A stretch of DNA of 60,985 bases, the filler included. It is 5 parts of 5 records of this genome, joined end to end, with 100 filler letters (N's around TTAATTAATTAA, not from the genome) between each part and the next. Parts side by side here need not be neighbours in the genome. Positions count along the whole stretch, not along the records: positions 39,111 to 54,599 come from DRR378314_1175; positions 54,700 to 60,985 come from DRR378314_1182; 3 more parts are not named here. One strand, written 5' to 3'. The notes below the pieces were generated by a model that had not been told where the DNA came from, made no database searches, and saw nothing but the letters and a program-made list of their open reading frames with translations. Below, in pieces: positions 53,022-60,985 of the stretch. Numbering within the stretch: position 1 is the stretch's first letter; each line of letters starts with the position of its first letter. The translations under genes were made by a program, and so were the position numbers.

Positions 53022-53873
53022 ATGAACATTCAGAACGCGGAAGGCGGATATCACTACAACGTCATGCGACGCGCGATCGAGCTGATAGATCAGGGCGGTG
53101 AAACCCTTGGCCTCGAAGACCTCGCCCGTCAGATGGACATGAGCCCGGCCCATTTCCAGCGCCTGTTCTCGCGCTGGACCGGGGTTTCGCCGAAACGGTA
53201 CCAGCAATATCTGACGTTGGGCCACGCCAAAGCGCTATTACGAGAGCGTTTCACCACGTTGGAGACCGCACATAACGTCGGCTTGTCCGGCAGCGGACGG
53301 CTGCACGATCTGTTCCTGAAATGGGAATCCATGAGCCCCGGTGAATATGCCCGCAAAGGCGCAGGTCTGACGATCTATTGGGGCTGGTTTGAAAGCCCCT
53401 TTGGCCCAGCTCTGATCATGGGGACCAACAAGGGTATCTGTGGCATTGCTTTTGGGGCTGAATCAGGTGAAGAAGAGGCGATGGAGGACATGCTGTCCCG
53501 TTGGCCGCAGGCAGAGTTCGTCGAAGACCCGATGCGCTTGCGCCCATGGGTTCTCAGTGCCTTTGGCGCGGCAAGTGACCGCTTGCAACCGACTCCGTTA
53601 TACCTGATCGGCTCACCACTGCAGATCAAAGTTTGGGAGGCGTTGATGCATATCCCATCCGGTCAGGTCACCACATATTCCGAGATCGCGGAGCGCGTTG
53701 GCTCTCCGCAGGCGGTGCGGGCCGTGGGTACTGCAGTGGGCCGGAACCCGGTCAGTTGGCTGATCCCCTGTCACCGCGCCCTGCGCAAATCCGGGGGTCT
53801 GGGCGGATACCACTGGGGCCTTCCGGTCAAACGCGCCATGCTGGCCTTCGAGGCCGCACAAGCCGACGCCTGA
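53022..53873 (+). CDS. AraC-HTH / methylated-DNA-protein-cysteine methyltransferase (Ada-like)
   Basis: SPAHFQRLF..WTGVSPK; RAVGTA...NPV..LIPCHR active site. Confidence 0.92.
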   Translation: MNIQNAEGGYHYNVMRRAIELIDQGGETLGLEDLARQMDMSPAHFQRLFSRWTGVSPKRYQQYLTLGHAKALLRERFTTLETAHNVGLSGSGRLHDLFLKWESMSPGEYARKGAGLTIYWGWFESPFGPALIMGTNKGICGIAFGAESGEEEAMEDMLSRWPQAEFVEDPMRLRPWVLSAFGAASDRLQPTPLYLIGSPLQIKVWEALMHIPSGQVTTYSEIAERVGSPQAVRAVGTAVGRNPVSWLIPCHRALRKSGGLGGYHWGLPVKRAMLAFEAAQADA

Positions 53874-53889
53874 TTGACAGATCGGCCTG

Positions 53890-54035
53890 TCGGTGCCAAA
53901 AGGCGCCGCAGGTTCGGGTCTCCTGCCGTTCGCGGCCCTATGGCTTTGGTGAAACCCGATAGATCAGAACATCTGTTGCCCTTTCCCGGCGCGCGGATGG
54001 TAATGCGAGCCCCGTCCAGATTTCGCGCCCGTTAA
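53890..54035 (+). ncRNA. Candidate structured leader RNA with possible pseudoknot
   Basis: TTGACA at 53874; helices 53914-19/53954-59, 53988-93/54024-29, 53995-54000/54012-17; loop-loop complement 53928-33/54005-10. Confidence 0.45.
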
Positions 54036-54052
54036 AGGAAACGAGGCAAGTC

Positions 54053-54487
54053 ATGAAACGTGTTCAAAACATCGCTCCGATTGCGGAGCTGAAAGAACAG
54101 GCAAAACGCCTTCGAAAACGCTTGCGTGACACTGATGTTGACCTGTCGCATGGCGAAGCACTGGAACTGCTGGCCCATCAACATGGCGTGCGGGATTGGA
54201 ACACGTTGCACGCGATGTCTGGCAATCGAATGCAGCTACGCGTAGGCGACCGGGTTGAGGGTCGGTATCTGGGTCAGCCTTTCACGGCAGAAATTCGCGG
54301 CCTGACAATGATGGGTGATGGATCGCATCGACGGGTAACCTTGCAGTTTGATACGGCGGTGGACGTGGTGCGGTTCAACAGCTTTTCTGCATTTCGCCAG
54401 CGTGTCACTGGTGAGATTGGCTGGGATGGCCGGTCCGCCCGCCAGACCTCCGACGGAGAACCACAGCTTGTTGTCCGACCTGTCTGA
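54053..54487 (+). CDS. Glyoxalase-superfamily (Glyoxalase_8-like helical domain) protein
   Basis: LKEQAKRLR...LSHGEALELLAHQHGVRDWNTLHA; C-terminal G.YLGQPF...FD.AVDVV.F.SFS.FRQRV. Confidence 0.85.
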   Translation: MKRVQNIAPIAELKEQAKRLRKRLRDTDVDLSHGEALELLAHQHGVRDWNTLHAMSGNRMQLRVGDRVEGRYLGQPFTAEIRGLTMMGDGSHRRVTLQFDTAVDVVRFNSFSAFRQRVTGEIGWDGRSARQTSDGEPQLVVRPV

Positions 54488-54497
54488 ATATTAGAGC

Positions 54498-54517
54498 GAG
54501 GCACCCTTGGGTGCCTC
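54498..54517. terminator. Hairpin between convergent genes
   Basis: GAGGCACCC-TT-GGGTGCCTC; second palindrome ATTTGATA-G-TATCAAAT at 54521-54537. Confidence 0.5.
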
Positions 54518-54541
54518 ACAATTTGATAGTATCAAATGGGG

Positions 54542-54599
54542 TTACTCGGCGGCCCAGCCGCCTATGGCCTTCACTTCCAGGAAGTCTTCCAGACCCCAG
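54542..54599 (-). CDS. Aldehyde dehydrogenase, extreme C-terminus
   Basis: Minus strand reads WGLEDFLEVKAIGGWAAE-stop, a typical ALDH tail. Confidence 0.65.
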
Positions 54600-54699
54600 N
54601 NNNNNNNNNNNNNNNNNNNNNNNNNNNNNNNNNNNNNNNNNNNTTAATTAATTAANNNNNNNNNNNNNNNNNNNNNNNNNNNNNNNNNNNNNNNNNNNN
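54600..54699. other. Artificial contig spacer
   Basis: N runs around TTAATTAATTAA. Confidence 0.98.
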
Positions 54700-54882
54700 G
54701 TGCGCTCTCTCGCGCGCCGGGGCTGGCGTAGCTTTTGTCCTGGTTTCACTCTGTTTCGCGCGAGAGAAAGGCGAGTTTGGTAGATGTTGTTGTAGTTTCT
54801 TTCCACTTTCCCATGTTTCTTACATGAATTGTGGTGACATTCACCGTGGACCCGTACTTGTGTTGGAATTTACCCTCTCCAG

Positions 54883-57800
54883 TTGCAACAAGTATCTCGC
54901 AAAGGAAACTGGAATGTGTCGAAGATACGCGAGAAAGTTACCTGTATTACATTCTGTTGAACCGACGAAACGGTCGATCAATTGTTTTTGTAAACGCGAT
55001 TTCGTACCTTCGAAGACTTCGTTCGCTGCTTTCCGAACTGCAACTTCCCGTTCACGTGTTGCATTCTGGCATGCAACAAAGGCAACGATTAAAGCACTTG
55101 GAGCGGTTTGCAAAAGACGATTCCGGTATTTTAGTCGCTACAGATGTCGCAGCTCGAGGTCTCGATATTCCTGATGTTGATCTGGTCATTCACCATCAAG
55201 TGCGTTTTGCTTTCCTATTTCACGTGTTTTTCCCCTTCATATCTGACATATAAGTACTCGTGTGCGTTTGTACATGTAAGATGGATCGGTTTTCATGTTC
55301 TGCAAAAAGAAACTGCTTCTTTTCGTTTGATGTGCGAAGAGAGTTTGTAGTTGGAACACGATTCTGCGTTTGGAGAGTTTGGTTTTCCTTATTCGTTTCC
55401 TTGAACATCAATTTTCTTCTTTTCTTTTTCAGCTTCTTCAAGTCTCACACATTTGTGGATTTGGAAACAAATTGTGTTTTGCGTTTGCTTTGCACCACCT
55501 CCTTTTCCTTTCCTCTTATCTCTGTGATGTTGATGATGTGCTTCATTCTTGTGGTTTCGCGTCGCTTTCTGTGTTTGATTTCGTCTCGTTTTCGGGAAAG
55601 AAACCGCGAAAACCATCGTTGTACGAGATCTCAACACTTGAACTCCATCTACATGATTGTTGAGCTCGATTCTCTATTTTCCCATGATTGTTTTTTTTTC
55701 CTCACGTTGCTATTTGAGATTGCGTTCCCTCTTTCTCTCTCTTTGTTCTTTTTTTTTTCGCGTTTCTTTGCGATAGATTCCTCGTGGAACGGACGCGTAT
55801 GTACATCGATGTGGAAGAGCGGGAAGAGCAGGAAAGAACGGATATTCAATAGCACTTGTTGCACCGGAAGGTAAGGGTGATAACGCTGCTCTGAAGTACT
55901 ACGATGCAAGAGAGGTGGCTCGAGTGCGAGAATAGTGGTTGTGTGGATTGTTGCGCAACAATGTAGCAAATGTCGCTGATTCTCTGCTGTATGGTGAATT
56001 GGAGAGAACAGCATAGTGGTGAGAACGCTTTTCGTACCATTTGCAAATGCATAAATTTTTGCCACTGGGTTCTGCTTTCTATAGCGTTCACGTACGGTGT
56101 AGTGCTACTCTGTTCCTTTGCGTTTTGGAGCTAGTTGTTCCTATTCCGCAGCAGAATAATTGTTCCTTTGTATGTCTTTGCGGTGGAAGTCAGGGCAGTG
56201 ACTTTGTTCTCTCTTGTGTGAATACTTGCAAGTTGATCGATACTTTTTCTGCCGCTGAGTCTCCGTTGGGAAAGAGAATGTGGAGTGAACCACGTCGTAC
56301 ATGTACACATTTCCTTCTCTTGCTTTGCTCCGATTGCTTTTCTGTGACGCAGGACGCACAGATTAGTCTACAAGAAACGGGGCGACGAGTATGTTGCGCT
56401 TTGTTGTGCTCTCTTGGTTGCAATTCTTACAGTTTGAGGAATCTATTTGGGCTAATTGTCTCTCGCATGTGATGTCCCTTTTTTGTTGCGCTCTTTTAAC
56501 AGAAAGAGTCCTATTTCGCCGCATTGTTTCGCAAGTTCTGAATGGAAATGAACCTCCCGCGGAGCGACTTGATCATCGGTTATTAGAACAAGCGAAAACA
56601 AGGTTATCTCTGGCGAAACAGATTGATGCTGTTGTGCATGCGCAAAGCAGAGAACGTGCGAAGCAACAATGGGAAGACAAGTACGTTGAAAACGAAAGAA
56701 CGAAAGAGAATGTATCTGTGCCATTGTCCTGGAAGTTGGAATTTCCACATTATTGTACAAAGTTTCTCGCTTGTTTTTCGTTGCGTACATCACTTTTTCT
56801 TGGGAGGGGCGTTGTGTGCTATCTCTCCGGTGCGGTCGATATGTTTTGCATTCCTTCGAGCGAACCTACTTCGCTCATATTGCAGATGATGCTTGTTCGA
56901 CTGTGATTTTATGTCGTCTCGTTTTCATTGCCGGGGATATGATATAGCGTTGCCATTGTACTTTCTTCTTTCTCTTCTCTCATAGTCCCTGCGCACTGTG
57001 CATTCTTAGATTGATCTGTTGCAGCACTTGTTCTATTTTCTTTTCCATACTCATTGCTTTTCTGTGAATTATTTTTTACGCACTCTTCTTACGCTATATT
57101 TACTGTGTATCGTGTTTTCTTTGGGGAACACAGAACGCTTTCTTCCATGGAACGTGCTGTGGATAACGACGAGGAAGATCCCGATGATCCATATGTGAAC
57201 CTTCGTCTCTCGCGCAAGGAACAGGCAAAGGTATGTGGTGAATTCGGTGCAAAGCGAAATGCAAAACTCTGTCGCACTTCTTTAGGATTCAGCTGCACGT
57301 AATTTGTGAACACAGGGATAGAAATCGTATTCTCTGCTGCAAAAATCCCACGATTCGCGGAAAACGACTGTCTGCGTCTTGTTTTTTTTTCTCTCTCCTG
57401 TTTCGGTGTTTTCTGTGCGTTGTTTTGCGAGCCACCAACGTGCTCCGCGTCCTGCGACACGTACCGCGAGTTTCAGTTGTTGCATGATCCTTATTCTCTG
57501 CATCGGAACGTAAAAATTCACACAGATCTGTTATACTCATACGATTTGCGAGTATTGCATACTGAAGTACGCGATAATGCTCTTTTCTAATGGCATATTC
57601 AGATTTCGCGACTGCGGAGTCAATTGGCGGAAAAACTGGGCGAATCCCTTCGCGGACGAACCGAATCTATCAAGTACGTGTTTGCTAATTTTCGTGTTAT
57701 GTTGTCCTACAATGACAGTCCTATTCAATTTACACCTATGAAACGAAGTATGACAAAAGAAATGGGTAATTTTGTGTTGTGCATGGCGCGAGATGTGCTT

Positions 57801-57955
57801 CATGGGGTCTACGGGAGTACTTGGCGCACGCAAGGGTCCGGACAGGCTATTGGCGCAGCCAGACTCCCTCCTTTCGCTGCGCTGTACCGGAAATCATCCC
57901 TAATTGTCCCACTTTATTACGCATTCAAAAAGCAGCATTCTCAAAAATAAAGTAA
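54883..57955 (+). CDS. DEAD-box RNA helicase DDX24/Mak5-like, 3' part; exons ~54883-55199, 55777-55870, 56503-56680, 57134-57230, 57603-57673, last exon from ~57860
   Basis: IVFVNAI, LHSGMQQRQRLK.LERF, VATDVAARGLDIP, YVHRCGRAGRAG after splicing, RLSLAKQID; phases consistent, last acceptor ambiguous. Confidence 0.88.
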
Positions 57956-58253
57956 GAATCCCCTCGTGTATGAAATTCCTTATTAGAAATACCGTTGATC
58001 GTTTGCTGATCCCCGTTCGGGCTCCGGGAAGATTTGGGTATCTGACGGAGAATACTCTCCTGCGCTTCTCGTACAATCTCGTCCGCCTTTCGCGTTGTCG
58101 ACGCGCAGAACCAAGAATCCTCTGGAGCGCGCGAAGGAGATTCAGCTGCAGCGACTACTGAGCGGGAAACGCTGACCACCGCTCATTTCCTTCCTTCTCA
58201 CCGTTGACCATGCGTATATGTGATTTACGAACCAATAGATCCATAAATGTGAC

Positions 58254-60702
58254 TCAATGAATCATCCGTTTCAGTCCTTCGTACACGAAAAACGTAATTC
58301 CCCCCAGGGGTGCAAAGTAGAGCGCGCGCGACCACGCTCCGCGCCAAAGCGCTGCGTAACCCTCCTTTTCCACCGAAGATACGAGACAATGCCGCACGCC
58401 TTGATACACGTGCGATGGTCCCTGCGTCTGCAAGCGAACTGTAGCGACATCGAGTGGATTCTGCACCAAGATGATAGTATAGGGGAGGCGATGAGGGTTA
58501 ATCTTGCCTGAAGCGCAAGGTGGTCGGGATCTGTGCGGACAGTGGTGCGCAAACGTAGACACCAGCAGCTGCGACGAGTGCACACACAAACCTGCACCGT
58601 CTCCCCCTATAGTCCCTTGCTCTGCATTCTACATCGATACCCATGGAGAAAATCGCAACATGCAACATTGCGAAGACGCATTTCTCCCATTTGTAAACAG
58701 CACAGGGGACTACGACAATGGCTTTGTGCAAGAACGGCGCAAGCTGTGGTTACTTTCCGCCCGAGACGACGAGTCTTTCACTCTTTCGCTGCTCTGGTAC
58801 CACCCTACTTGCATTCTATGCACTATTCTTGCTTAACTCTACAAAATAACGTCGTCCAAGCACACACACGTGCATGAAACCCCTCGCTTGCAATACAAGG
58901 TAAGAAGTTGTGCGCAAAGAAACCACCTGTTCCAGAGAACAGTCGCAGCGGGCTAAGCACAGAAAGAAGGAAATCACTCGCAAACGGAGAAAAACTACTT
59001 GGCACGGGAGGGCATCGTGAATCACCGACCAAGAAGGCAACAAGAGCAAAGCGCAAGACTCTCGCTCGACCTTTTCGCTCAGCATCCGACGTCCGCTCCA
59101 CATCCGACCAGGACCTGTTGTTCGCGCGGACGTGTTCGACCTTGCTTTGAGGTCGCGGAGCCCTTCTCCGCCGCCACACGGGTTTCGCAAATTCACAGAA
59201 TCGCAAGTTGTGCCTATGCGCTTGTTGGCACCTGGAGCCTCTATTCCCGAGGAGCGTACCGTTAAGAATGCAGCAACACCGCCAGCAATTCCTCCGGCAA
59301 GCAAGCAATCGCCTTCCGTTGCCTCAGCGCGACCTGTCTGCGCAGCGAACCGCTGCTTGAGCGCCTCGTAGATCGCAAATTGTAGAGCAGAATATGTACA
59401 GTCCCCCAAAAGCGTGGCTCCGTAACCTGCACATCAGCGACACGACAAAGAGAGGCACAACGCGCAGGGGATAATGATTAAGCACCACAGAACGGAAGAA
59501 AAAAGCTATAAAATGCACGCAATGAACTCCACGTGGAGCTTATTGAGCACAAGAACCCCAGAAAGAAAGTGAGAATGGAAACGCAAACGCGCAACGTGTG
59601 TGGCCCATGCGCCGCTTTCCATCTTTGGCTCGCGCGGGGGGTAACGTGGCACGCAGCGCCGAGTGTACCGGAAAGGAGTCGAATACTGCAAGCTTCTATG
59701 GGACGCAAGGGTGAAAATTTGTCTGCGCATGGAAAAGGAATCGTGTAAGAGGTTCCATGCGAGTTTCGTAGGAAATTGCGAGTGGCTGAATGCGCATGGC
59801 GTACCCGCGTAGAGCCCTCGAAGACCCTCCTTCCGTGCGATCGACTGAAAAGCGTGCAAAGTTCCTCGATAGCCAAACCTGATCCGTGTTTCATGGTAAT
59901 TCCACACATTCGAATCATGAGAAAGGAAAGCAGCGGTCAGTATTTGGCTAGAGGAAGCGCGTGCGGATGGGCCATTGCAGTGCCGGTCGGAAAGCGCGCG
60001 GACGCTTGGCGGCGCGCCAGCTGCGCAGACGCGCGGAGGTCGCAGCACCGCACCTCTGCCCGACCACGGAGGCGTACGAGCCGTTCCCGAGCTGAAGCCG
60101 CGTGCGGATCACTTCCGATGGCACCCAGACGATGGAAGAAATCAGTTCAGCCGACGCGCCGGCGACGAGGTGCACGACGAACTGCGGCACCCGAGGAAGG
60201 CGTCGCAGAGAACGCAGCGTTAGCCCGAGCGAGCGCTTTGTCCACGCACAACATACGCAGACGAGAGAAAACGAGCGCGAACGCGCGCCTCTACAGGTGC
60301 TCCTGGAAACCAGTATCGAAAATATCATAAGCTACCACTATTGAAGCGTACCTGGGCATGTTGGGGTACATGGCGCTCACCGAGGCGCTTCACCGACTCG
60401 TAGCCGAGGAAGTACAGAGCAGACGACGGCAGCGAGCCCGCTACCGTGGCTGCGAGGCCCGCGTAGAGGCCGCGCGCGCCCTCCTCCGCTGCAATTACGC
60501 GCGCGGCCTGCAGCACTCCGACGTACTTCGACGAGACTTTGCTCGACCCCATGACCTTGAGACGGGTATTGATGGTCATCACCGGGTGCATTACGGTATC
60601 AGCCACAGCGCCGGCAATTCCGCCCCGCACAAGCTCGCCCGGCGTCTCCGGCGGCTCGTGCTCGTCGGCGCCTTCGCCGAGCTGCGCCGCGCCGTGACCC
60701 AT
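58254..60702 (-). CDS. Mitochondrial carrier (SLC25) protein, about 5 exons
   Basis: Three carrier repeats: HPVMTINTRL, VPSEVIRTRLQ, NPLDVATVRLQ, with EG.RGLYAG / EGYAALWRG; GT-AG introns. Confidence 0.9.
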
Positions 60703-60985
60703 GATGAGCTGACGCAAACAGGAAAGAAAAAAAGGAAAAAATAATGCTCCGCTACTTTCAATAGTTACACTTCCCTATAAAACGCAACGTGCGCTAGTGC
60801 CTGGATACCTGGGCGTGGAGTTAGGATGGGTACGACGCGGCAAGTGCCGTGCCGTCGCAGCCGCGCCGCTGAGCGCGGGCAACGAGCAGCGCGCGGGCGC
60901 ACGAGCGCACTCTCACCGCGTCCGCTGCGGGGGGAGGCAAACTACGGTACAAATACTAGGGCTGAAATAATTCCGGGTCAATATA

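Noticed and set aside
52259-53873. Divergent nth and ada-like repair genes
   Set aside because: Ordinary housekeeping arrangement with no unusual feature

Overview
The window is not one locus. It is five contigs joined by artificial 100-nt spacers (44 N + TTAATTAATTAA + 44 N). (1) 1-18986 is AT-rich Flavobacteriaceae DNA (Polaribacter/Tenacibaculum-like): nrdA, an orphan gene with a candidate divergent sRNA, dGTPase, a T9SS cargo protein, dxs, tadA, a DUF5689/TonB-receptor/nuclease locus, bestrophin, recJ, OsmC and an AhpD-like gene. (2) 19087-27394 is Rhodobacteraceae (Ruegeria-like): leuCD-leuB region, mscS, rsfS, rlmH, partial tRNA-Arg. (3) 27495-39010 is an intron-containing eukaryote: SDE2, RPS28, HPPD, TTC36. 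(4) 39111-54599 is Rhodobacteraceae housekeeping DNA with orphan insertions. (5) 54700-60985 is eukaryotic: a DDX24-like helicase and a mitochondrial carrier. Best leads: a terminator-bounded cassette with a ~115-nt structured RNA whose loop matches its own promoter, paired with an orphan PD-(D/E)XK-like gene (1444-2500); head-to-head HPPD and TTC36 in a protist-like genome; a candidate pseudoknotted leader RNA before a glyoxalase-superfamily gene; and short palindromic repeats beside orphan genes in the roseobacter contig. All family calls come from motif recognition by eye; no searches were run.
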